A DNA stretch of 21,649 nucleotides. Origin: Chthoniobacteraceae bacterium (lineage in GTDB: Bacteria; Verrucomicrobiota; Verrucomicrobiia; Chthoniobacterales; Chthoniobacteraceae). The notes beneath the pieces were generated by a model. That model was not told where the DNA came from, ran no database searches, and saw nothing but the letters and a program-made list of their open reading frames with translations. The position numbers and the translations under genes were made by a program. Positions 14,352 through 21,649 of the stretch are shown one piece after another. How positions within the stretch are numbered: the first letter of the stretch is position 1; each line of letters starts with the position of its first letter. Location: positions 1-21,649 of the forward strand of contig JANNXQ010000287.1 in NCBI GenBank assembly GCA_031409655.1. Direction: 5' to 3'.

Positions 14352-15614
14352 TCATGGGAAAAGCCCGCGACTCTTCTTGGCCGCGAGTACGCGTTCGACG
14401 CCGATGGCCATCGCCGCCATGCGGTGCGGAAGCTTGGCTTCCTTGGCGCGTTTGATCACGGCGGTGAAGGCTTGCTCGAGGATGCGGAAAAGACGGTCCA
14501 TCACTTCGCTCTCGTTCCAGAAGACATTCTGCAGCCCCTGCACCCACTCAAAGTAGGAGACGACCACGCCGCCCGCGTTGCAGAGGATGTCGGGGATTAC
14601 GAAAATCTCGGCCCATCGCTCCGCGAGGATGCGATCCGCGCCGGGCGTGGTCGGCCCGTTGGCCCCTTCGGCGAGGATGCGGCAGCGGAGCTTCCCGGCA
14701 TTGTGTTCCGTGATCACGGCTTCGATGGCAGCGGGCACGAGTACGTCGCACTTGAGGGTCAGTAAATCTTCCGGCGGGAGCGGGTCCGCGCCGGGAAAGC
14801 CTTGCAGACTCCCGTGGGTCGCCGCGTATTTTTCCGCGGAGGCGACGTCGATCCCCTCGGCACGGTGATAGGCCCCGTATTGATCGCTGAGGCCGATCAC
14901 CTTCATCCCGCTTTTGTAGGCCAGGCCGAGCGCCGTCACCGCGCCCACATTGCCAAAGCCCTGGATCACCGCGGTGCAGCCTTCCGGCTTCATCTTCAGC
15001 ACATTCAGCGCGCGCTCGATGAGATAGACCACGCCGCGCCCGGTTGCCTCGCGCCGCCCCACGGTGCCGCCGGCGGCGATCGGTTTGCCCGTCACGATGC
15101 CCGGTACCGAGTGCCCCGCATAGACCGAGTAGGTGTCCATGAACCACGCCATGACCTGCTCATTCGTGCCCATGTCGGGACCCATGATGTCGGTGTGTTC
15201 GCCCACAAAGGGGATCATCTCCTGCATGTAGCGGCGCGAGAGGGCTTCGAGTTCGCGCAGCGAAAGGGTACGCACATCCACGGCCACCCCGCCTTTTGCG
15301 CCGCCGTAGGGCAGGCCAGTCAGCGCGCACTTCCAGCTCATCCACATCGAGAGCGCCGCAACTTCACCAAGCGTCACCGAGGGGTGAAAGCGGGTGCCGC
15401 CTTTGGTTGGCCCGAGCGCGAGGTGATGCTGCACCCGGTAACCTTGGTAGGTGACGATGCGCCCGTCATCCATCCGCACGGGCAAGGTCACAGCCATCGC
15501 GCGCTTCGGATGGGACATGCGCTGGCGCAGGTTTTCGTCGATCTGGAGGTAGTCGGCGACGATCTGAAATTGCTCCGTGGCCATCGCGTAAGCGGGATCG
15601 GTGTAGATATCCAT
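14352..15614 (-). CDS. gdhA: Glu/Leu/Phe/Val dehydrogenase, most likely glutamate dehydrogenase
   Basis: Motifs 'GYRVQH...GPTKGGTRF', 'LPYGGAKGG', 'GPDMGT', 'ATGRGV', Rossmann 'QGFGNVG', 'EGANGP' and 'NAGGVVVSYFEWVQ'. Start is either ATG 15614 (chosen) or GTG 15632. Confidence 0.92.
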   Translation of the reverse strand: MDIYTDPAYAMATEQFQIVADYLQIDENLRQRMSHPKRAMAVTLPVRMDDGRIVTYQGYRVQHHLALGPTKGGTRFHPSVTLGEVAALSMWMSWKCALTGLPYGGAKGGVAVDVRTLSLRELEALSRRYMQEMIPFVGEHTDIMGPDMGTNEQVMAWFMDTYSVYAGHSVPGIVTGKPIAAGGTVGRREATGRGVVYLIERALNVLKMKPEGCTAVIQGFGNVGAVTALGLAYKSGMKVIGLSDQYGAYHRAEGIDVASAEKYAATHGSLQGFPGADPLPPEDLLTLKCDVLVPAAIEAVITEHNAGKLRCRILAEGANGPTTPGADRILAERWAEIFVIPDILCNAGGVVVSYFEWVQGLQNVFWNESEVMDRLFRILEQAFTAVIKRAKEAKLPHRMAAMAIGVERVLAAKKSRGLFP

Positions 15615-15719
15615 ACCGTCGGGTATAGCCACGATCCGCTCGCGCTTCGCCTTAAAAAATCGCCGCCGACCGCGCCGATCCGCTGCTGCCGGAGTTCACG
15701 CTTCCCAAAGAACCGCCCC

Positions 15720-16517
15720 ATGAAATCCTTTCTCCGCCTGCTGCTCCTTTCCCTCTGTCCCGCCATCTTTGGCCAAAGCCGCGCTGCCGACGCGCTGGAA
15801 CGTCGCGAGTGGACGATCGACGGCGTCGCGCGCGAAGCTCTCGTGTACCTTCCGCCGAAGGCGAAGACGGAGGCCACCCCGGTCGTCTTCGGATTTCACG
15901 GCCATGGCGGAACGATGAAAAATGCCTCTCGGATGTACGGCTACCACACGCTCTGGCCGGAGGCGCTCGTAGTGTATATGCAGGGGCTGAATACGCCCGG
16001 ACGCCTGACTGACCCCGAGGGGAAAAAACCCGGCTGGCAGCACGGAGCGGGGGATCAAGGGGATCGCGATCTGAAGTTTTTCGATGCCGTCCTGGCGAGT
16101 CTGCAGGCGGAGTTCCGGGTGGACGGAAAGCGCATCTACTCCACCGGACATTCCAATGGCGGCGGCTTCACCTATCTGCTCTGGGCCCTGCGGGGGGATC
16201 GTTTCGCGGCCTTTGCGCCGTCTGCTTCCGCCGCTTCGAAAAGCCTGCCGCTGTTCAAACCCAAACCCGTGCTGCATGTCGCCGGAGAAAATGATCCGCT
16301 CGTGAAATTTGCCTGGCAGCAGCCGACGATGGAGGCGCTCCGCAAGCTCAACCAGTGCGGCGAAGGTCATCCCTGGGAGAAGGACAAGGCCTGCACCTAT
16401 TACCCGTCGAAGATCGGCGCGCCGGTCGTCACCTATATCCACCCTGGCACCCACAGCTTCCTCGCGGCCGCGCCGGCGGCGATCGTGAAGTTCTTTCAGG
16501 AACAAGCGAAGCCCTGA
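15720..16517 (+). CDS. Secreted alpha/beta-hydrolase esterase (PHB depolymerase / LpqC-like family)
   Basis: ATG at 15720 gives signal peptide MKSFLRLLLLSLCPAIFGQSRA. Motifs 'PVVFGFHGHGG', 'VDGKRIYSTGHSNGG' (GxSxG), 'HVAGENDPLV' and 'HPGTH'. The ORF-track extension to 14802 is antisense to gdhA. Confidence 0.85.
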   Translation: MKSFLRLLLLSLCPAIFGQSRAADALERREWTIDGVAREALVYLPPKAKTEATPVVFGFHGHGGTMKNASRMYGYHTLWPEALVVYMQGLNTPGRLTDPEGKKPGWQHGAGDQGDRDLKFFDAVLASLQAEFRVDGKRIYSTGHSNGGGFTYLLWALRGDRFAAFAPSASAASKSLPLFKPKPVLHVAGENDPLVKFAWQQPTMEALRKLNQCGEGHPWEKDKACTYYPSKIGAPVVTYIHPGTHSFLAAAPAAIVKFFQEQAKP

Positions 16518-16543
16518 GCCGAAACCGGTGAACGAGTTTTGAA

Positions 16544-16560
16544 AACGCAGAGGCGCAGAG
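16544..16560. repeat. Short AACGCAGAGGCGCAGAG motif (tandem CGCAGAG), likely a solo arm of a dispersed intergenic repeat
   Basis: aa-cgcagag-g-cgcagag in the esterase/AlkD-like intergenic region. No partner arm is seen in the window. Confidence 0.35.
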
Positions 16561-16678
16561 AAGATGGAGGCGGCCACGCGGTTGTGAGAGCGAGGTTTGC
16601 CCGGCGTTGACGAGGAGGCGGGATTGGTCAGTCTCATTGACGCGCCTCCACGAGCACCCCCTCCAGAAAATCCTGCCT

Positions 16679-17386
16679 ATGACCGCGAACGAAGTCGTTG
16701 CCGAGTTGCGAGCGCTCGGCCGTGAATCCATCAAGAAAGTGCTCCGCAATCATGGTGTGAAAGAACCGTTTTTCGGCGTGCGGATTGGCGACATGAAAAG
16801 CCTCCGCCAACGCCTCAAGAAAGACTACCAACTCGCCCTCGACCTCTACGCGACCGGCAATTACGACGCCATGTATCTCGCCGGGCTGATCGCCGACGAT
16901 GCGCGGATGACCCGGAAGGATCTGCAACGCTGGATGGATCGGGCGTCTTGCGCACCGGCCTGCGGATTCACGGTAGCGTGGGTCGCGGCCGGGAGTCCGC
17001 ACGGTTGGGATCTGGCACTGAAGTGGATCGACTCCGAAAAGCCGCTGGAGGCGGTAGGCGGGTGGGCGACACTGAGCAGCGTGGTATCGATCAAGGCGGA
17101 CGCCGAACTCGACTTGCCCTTGCTCAAACAGCTCCTGCAACGCGTGCAGCGGACGATCCACCGTTCCCCGGATGCGGTGCGGTATCAGATGAATGCCTTC
17201 GTCATCGCGGTGGGCGCTTACGTCCAGCCGCTCTCGATCTCCGCGATGGAAACCGGGGAGAAGATCGGGCCGGTCTCGGCGGACTTGGGGGATAACGCTT
17301 GCCAGGTTCCCTTTGCGCCGGACTACATCCGCAAAGTCGAACAACGCGGAAGCATCGGGAAAAAGCGCAAGACCGCGAAGTGCTGA
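16679..17386 (+). CDS. DNA alkylation repair protein (AlkD-like HEAT-repeat family)
   Basis: ATG at 16679 (MTANEVVAELRALG). Motifs 'FFGVRIGDMK', 'YQLALDLYATGNYDAMYLAGLIAD', 'VRYQMNAFVIAVG' and C-terminal 'GKKRKTAKC'. 235 aa. Confidence 0.82.
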   Translation: MTANEVVAELRALGRESIKKVLRNHGVKEPFFGVRIGDMKSLRQRLKKDYQLALDLYATGNYDAMYLAGLIADDARMTRKDLQRWMDRASCAPACGFTVAWVAAGSPHGWDLALKWIDSEKPLEAVGGWATLSSVVSIKADAELDLPLLKQLLQRVQRTIHRSPDAVRYQMNAFVIAVGAYVQPLSISAMETGEKIGPVSADLGDNACQVPFAPDYIRKVEQRGSIGKKRKTAKC

Positions 17387-17487
17387 CCGGCGCCCTTCAC
17401 CAGATGCATCTTTCGAGACGCTCCACGGGTTTCCTCCTGAATCCAAAGACGACCGATCCCGTGAAACGTGACGGACGCGACTTCCGC

Positions 17488-17684
17488 GGAGCATGCGCGT
17501 CCCGCGCGTTGGTTTCGGCGTCCCGCCGAAACGGACTTTCGAGGGCGTGCGGGTCGGCAAGGGTTTTGAGACTTGAAGCTGTCGCGGGGTTTCTTTCCGG
17601 TGTGAAATTCGTGCGGAAGGCGTCCTCGCAAGGAAGTTCGTCGCGGCGGGACGCCGCGACCCACACGCGGGACACGTGTGCTCC
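17488..17684. repeat. Composite palindromic (REP/MITE-like) element with terminal inverted repeats and two internal hairpins
   Basis: The 5' arm ggagcatgcgcgtcccgcgcgttgg (17488-17512) pairs imperfectly with ccacacgcgggacacgtgtgctcc (17661-17684). Internal hairpins are gtttcggc-gtccc-gccgaaac (17512-17532) and gtcgcggc-gggac-gccgcgac (17640-17660). Confidence 0.75.
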
Positions 17685-20649
17685 CCGGAGTTACGCCGCG
17701 CGATTCGCGGGCTGTTGGATCGCCGTCGTCTCGTGCTTCGCCGCGATCGTCGCGCAAGCCGCGAGTCCCATCGCCCTGCCTTCTGCGGAATGGATCGCTG
17801 CTCCCGCGCCGAAAACCGAGGCCGTCGTTCATTTTCGCAAGGCCTTCACTGTGCAACCCGGTCTCCAGAGTGCCGTTCTTCTCGGCGCATGCGCCGGACG
17901 GGCGACGGCCGTTCTGAACGGTGAGCGTATCGGAGAATTTAGCGACCGCGCGCGTGCCGCGAGTTTCGATGTGTCCCGACACGCCCGGGCTGGAGGCAAT
18001 GTGCTCGAACTGGAAGCCGCGCGCGGCGAACCGGACGGCGTCGCCTTCATCCTCCAACTTGTCTTCGACACCGGCCGCCATGAATGGATCGCGACCGATG
18101 GTTCCTGGCTCGCCGCCAGCCGCCGTGATGCGCCGGATGCCGAGTGGCAGCCCGTCGCGAAACTCGGACGCGTGGATGCGAAGGCGGACGAAAACCCCTT
18201 CGATCCCGCGCGCGCCGTCGATGCCTACAATAGCTGGACGCTGGCCCGCGGCGTGGACCGCGCGACCGATCCCGCCACGATCCGCACGCCGCCGGGCTTT
18301 AGCGTCGATCTTCTCCGCTCTGCTCTGCCCGGCGAGGATTCGTGGATCGCGATGGCCTTCGATCCGCGCGGGCGCATCATCGTGGCGCGGGAAAAAGCAC
18401 CGGGCCTGCTGCGGCTGAATCTTGGCGCGTCGCAAGTGGAGAGCGTCGAAGTCATCGAGGAGACGCTGCGCGAGTGCCGCGGCCTGCTCTACGCCTTCGA
18501 CGCGCTCTACGTTCACGCCAATAACTCGAAGACGCTCGTCCGTCTGCGCGACACCGACGGGGATGATCGCTTTGATGAAACGAAGGAACTCCTGCGCACC
18601 GAAGGCGGCTCGGGACACGGACGCAATCATCTGCGGCTCGGTCCCGATGGCCTGATCTACTTGATCGCCGGAGACGATGTGGCACTCCCGCCGCGGCCTG
18701 TGGCGCACTCACCCTTCCGGCGTTTTGCGCCGGCACCATGGGATCCCGGCGGGCGTGATCCGCAGATGTTTGACGCCGCCGGGCGGCTGCTCACTGGCTA
18801 CCTGGCGCGCACCGACCGGGAGGGCTCGCGCTGGGAGATCGTCGCTGGAGGACTGCGCAACCCACTCGACGTGGCCTTCGACGAGGACGGCGAAATGTTC
18901 ACCTACGAAGCCGACAACGAACGCGACATCGGCAACCCCTGGTACAAACCTTCGCGGGTCCATCATCTGGTCTCCGGCGGCGATTACGCGTGGCGGCGTG
19001 GGACTGGCGTGCTGCCTTCGTTTGCGGCGGATGTGCTGCCGACGATGCATGACGTGGGTCTCGGTTCACCGACCGGGATTGAGTTCGGCACGCGGTCCAC
19101 CTTTCCCGAAAAGTATCGGCGGGCCTTGTTCATCGGCGATTGGGCCTATGGCCGCATCCTCGCGCTGCATCTCACGCCGCGCGGTGCGAGCTACACCGCG
19201 ACCCGCGAAGATTTTGCCGTTGGTCGCCCCTTGAACGTGACCGATATGGTCGTGGGCTCGGATGGCGCGCTCTATTTCGCGACCGGTGGGCGCGGCACCC
19301 AGTCCGGGCTCTATCGGATCCGTTACATCGGCGGGAAAGAAGATCCCGCCTTGATTCCCGGGGATGTTCCCGCTCGCACCGCCCGCGAAGTGCGGCACCA
19401 GATTGAGGCCTTTCACCTCCGGATGAATGGCGCGGAGATCCTTCCCGAACTCTGGCCGCATCTCGGCAACGAGGACCGCTGGATTCGCAACGCCGCGCGC
19501 ATCGCGCTCGAAACGGTCCCGCCCTCCGCTTGGCACGAGAGGGCCCTTGCCGAGAGGGACACCGAGTGCGCGCTCACCGCGCTGCTGGCACTCGTCCGGG
19601 TCGGCGAAGATGTGGATGCGCGTGCGGTGGTCGAAAAGCTCGACGGATTGGACCTGGCCGAGCTCGCCGAGAAGCATCTGCTCGCAGCGCTGCGCATCTC
19701 CGAGATCGCGCTTGCGCGCGTTGGTCCTGCGCGATCCAGCGCGGCGAAATTGGACGCGCTCTATCCGGCGTCGAGCGGGCTGGTGAATCGCGAGCTGTGC
19801 AAGTTGCTCGTGAATTTGCGCGCTCCCGGCTTCGTGGGGAAGACGACCGCGCTGCTGGCGGCCGCAAGCACGCAGGAGGATCGCGTGCATTTTCTCTTCT
19901 TCCTCCGCCACGCGGTGGAGCCTTGGACGCTGGAGCAGCGCCGCATTTTTTTCGCGGCCCTGCGGCAGGCCGAGCAGGGACAGGGAGCGCAGAACTACGT
20001 GGCGACCGTACGCACCATCAAAACGGCGGCGGCCGCAGCGCTCACTGACCCGGAGCGCGCCGCACTCGCGCCTTTGCTCGAAGACAAGGCGATCGTCCTG
20101 ACCACGCTCGCCGGTGATCAGCCGCGGCGCTTCGTGCGCGATTGGTCGATGGACGATTTCACGACGACCCTCGATCGAGTCGGCTCCGGGCGATCGTTTT
20201 CCAAAGGCAAAGAGGCTTTTGCCGCGGCGCTGTGTCTGGCGTGTCATCGCGTGGGCGCTGAACCCGGCGGCGTCCTCGGGCCGGACCTCACCGCAGTCGC
20301 GAGCCGCTTTGGCCGGCGCGATCTGCTGGAGGCGATCCTAAATCCGTCGCGGGCCATGGATGAGAAATTCCGCAGCGCCATCCTCCGCCTGAAAGACGGG
20401 CGCAGCTTTGTCGGCACCATCGAGTCCGAGACCGCCGAGACCATCGTCCTGCGTCCGAATCCGCTCGTCGCCGCGACTTCCGAGCTGCGCCCGTCCGACG
20501 TCGTGGCTCGCGAGTGGTCCGCCCTTTCCCCGATGCCTACTGGTCTGCTCGATGGGCTCGAGCGGGAGCAAATCCTCGACCTCCTCGCCTACCTCGAATC
20601 CAGCGGCAATCCGGAGCACGCCGCCTTCCAGCCTGCCGCGCGGAAATAG
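17602..20649 (+). CDS. Large PVC-type heme-binding protein: N-terminal jelly-roll-like domain, glucose/sorbosone-dehydrogenase-like beta-propeller, HEAT repeats and C-terminal cytochrome c (CxxCH)
   Basis: Signal-like h-region 'CWIAVVSCFAAIVAQA'. 'AEWIAAP..VVHFRKAFTV...WIATDGSW' resembles alpha-L-rhamnosidase N-terminal beta-sandwiches. Propeller motifs 'RLRDTDGDDRFDE', 'GGLRNPLDVAFDEDGEMFTYEAD' and 'GSPTG'. C-terminal 'CLACH...GPDLT...LLEAILNPS...SPMPTGL'. The start is uncertain; GTG 17602 was chosen. Confidence 0.85.
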   Translation: MKFVRKASSQGSSSRRDAATHTRDTCAPRSYAARFAGCWIAVVSCFAAIVAQAASPIALPSAEWIAAPAPKTEAVVHFRKAFTVQPGLQSAVLLGACAGRATAVLNGERIGEFSDRARAASFDVSRHARAGGNVLELEAARGEPDGVAFILQLVFDTGRHEWIATDGSWLAASRRDAPDAEWQPVAKLGRVDAKADENPFDPARAVDAYNSWTLARGVDRATDPATIRTPPGFSVDLLRSALPGEDSWIAMAFDPRGRIIVAREKAPGLLRLNLGASQVESVEVIEETLRECRGLLYAFDALYVHANNSKTLVRLRDTDGDDRFDETKELLRTEGGSGHGRNHLRLGPDGLIYLIAGDDVALPPRPVAHSPFRRFAPAPWDPGGRDPQMFDAAGRLLTGYLARTDREGSRWEIVAGGLRNPLDVAFDEDGEMFTYEADNERDIGNPWYKPSRVHHLVSGGDYAWRRGTGVLPSFAADVLPTMHDVGLGSPTGIEFGTRSTFPEKYRRALFIGDWAYGRILALHLTPRGASYTATREDFAVGRPLNVTDMVVGSDGALYFATGGRGTQSGLYRIRYIGGKEDPALIPGDVPARTAREVRHQIEAFHLRMNGAEILPELWPHLGNEDRWIRNAARIALETVPPSAWHERALAERDTECALTALLALVRVGEDVDARAVVEKLDGLDLAELAEKHLLAALRISEIALARVGPARSSAAKLDALYPASSGLVNRELCKLLVNLRAPGFVGKTTALLAAASTQEDRVHFLFFLRHAVEPWTLEQRRIFFAALRQAEQGQGAQNYVATVRTIKTAAAAALTDPERAALAPLLEDKAIVLTTLAGDQPRRFVRDWSMDDFTTTLDRVGSGRSFSKGKEAFAAALCLACHRVGAEPGGVLGPDLTAVASRFGRRDLLEAILNPSRAMDEKFRSAILRLKDGRSFVGTIESETAETIVLRPNPLVAATSELRPSDVVAREWSALSPMPTGLLDGLEREQILDLLAYLESSGNPEHAAFQPAARK

Positions 20650-20714
20650 CGCCGGGGAGAGAAGTTGGAGCCCGGCATTGGACGCGGCACGCAGAATGCA
20701 TATGAGCACCTGTA

Positions 20715-21539
20715 ATGATCGAACAACACGATGCCGTCCTGCGCCTCCTCCGCGACGACGATCCGTCCACCGTCGAACTCGTGAAGTGCCAGCTCGCCCG
20801 CGCCGGGATCGAAGCGTTGCCGGATCTGCGCGAACTTCTTTCGGTGGCGGACCGCCAGGCTGCACGGCCGCTGCGCGAGATGATCGCGACGATCGAACGG
20901 GCCTCCGCCGACGAGATTTTCAGCCGGATGTGCGAGGGTTTTCGCGAAGCGGATCTCGAGGAGACGGTGTGGCAACTCGCGGCAACCTTTTTGCCAGGGG
21001 AAGATTTTCACCCGCAGCGCACCAAGCTCGACGACTGGGGCGCGGAGATTTCGCAGCGCTTCCGCAAAGCCTCCACGGAAGTGGATCGCATCGAGATGCT
21101 CGTGGAATACCTGGGCGATGAAGTGCGCCTGCGCGGCAACGACGAGGACTACTACAACATCAACAACTCGCTCCTCCCCGAGGTCATCGACTCGCGGGTC
21201 GGCATCCCGATTTCACTCTCGATGCTCTACGTCTTCGTCGGGAAGCGGTGCAATTTGCCGATCCGCGGAGTGGGGCTGCCCGGGCATTTTCTGATCCGTT
21301 ATCGCGAGCATTTTTTCGATCCTTTTCATCGCGGGCGGCGGATCGGTCTGGAGGAATGTCGCGCCCTCGTGGAGCAGCAAAATCTCGAACTCACCGCGAG
21401 TCATCTCGAGCCGACCACGGGCCGCCAGATGCTCATCCGCATGCTCACGAATATCCACGCGCTGGCCTCGGAGCGGGACCCGGAGCTGGGAGCGAAAGTG
21501 CGGACGTGGGCCGGCATCCTGCACGCCGGCGCGCGGTAG
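20715..21539 (+). CDS. SirB1-like / transglutaminase-like (Transglut_core2) protein
   Basis: 274 aa with 'LRGNDEDYYNINNSLLPEVIDSRVGIPISLSMLY', 'GVGLPGHFLIRY', 'FFDPFHRG' and 'MLIRMLTNI', as in SirB1/YchA-family proteins. Confidence 0.85.
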   Translation: MIEQHDAVLRLLRDDDPSTVELVKCQLARAGIEALPDLRELLSVADRQAARPLREMIATIERASADEIFSRMCEGFREADLEETVWQLAATFLPGEDFHPQRTKLDDWGAEISQRFRKASTEVDRIEMLVEYLGDEVRLRGNDEDYYNINNSLLPEVIDSRVGIPISLSMLYVFVGKRCNLPIRGVGLPGHFLIRYREHFFDPFHRGRRIGLEECRALVEQQNLELTASHLEPTTGRQMLIRMLTNIHALASERDPELGAKVRTWAGILHAGAR

Positions 21540-21555
21540 TTCGGAACGCCGCCCT

Positions 21556-21580
21556 GGGAGCGCCGCCGTCCCGTGCGGCA
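21556..21580. repeat. Possible solo GGAGC-hairpin REP-like unit downstream of the SirB1-like gene
   Basis: gggagc-gccgc-cgtcccgt-gcggc-a is a small hairpin that shares the GGAGC start and CGTCCCG core with the 17488 element. Confidence 0.4.
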
Positions 21581-21649
21581 TCGGTTTCCATCAGCGCGCA
21601 GCGCCCATCCTGAATCGTTCCTCGAAAAGGAGGCGCGGCGCGCGAAGGC

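Noticed and set aside
14802..15719. Apparent 306-aa N-terminal extension of the esterase overlapping gdhA in antisense
   Set aside because: It is a stop-free antisense frame of gdhA. A clean signal peptide begins at ATG 15720.
16607..16642. Two TTGACG hexamers upstream of the AlkD-like gene as promoter or operator
   Set aside because: No convincing -10 element at the proper spacing (best is CAGTCT), so it cannot be supported.

Overview
GC-rich bacterial chromosome segment with a strong PVC-superphylum signature, most likely Verrucomicrobiota (possibly Chthoniobacter-like; inferred from gene families and repeat style only). From left to right: (1) a co-oriented + strand cluster (1-7016) with a 5'-truncated FAD-dependent oxidoreductase, a 5-heme c-type cytochrome translationally coupled to a secreted beta-propeller protein, a Cys-type sulfatase and an alpha/beta hydrolase; (2) a self-contained - strand three-gene unit (7155-12339) in which all three genes encode membrane-fusion/periplasmic-adaptor (HlyD-like) domains, one fused to GAF-like domains, one stand-alone with a signal peptide, and one fused to a PqqD/RRE-like domain plus an M50 intramembrane Zn-protease, with no ABC ATPase, RND pump, TolC or substrate gene alongside; (3) a polyprenyl diphosphate synthase, an orphan PVC-type prepilin-like protein, a Glu/Leu/Phe/Val dehydrogenase, a secreted esterase, an AlkD-like DNA alkylation repair protein, a large PVC-type heme-c/beta-propeller/HEAT protein and a SirB1-like protein. 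Intergenic regions carry several structured palindromic repeats, one of which appears to be translated as part of a signal peptide. The best candidate for an under-described system is the ATPase-less triple-adaptor / RRE-M50 protease module. No rRNA, tRNA, CRISPR array or transposase was seen.
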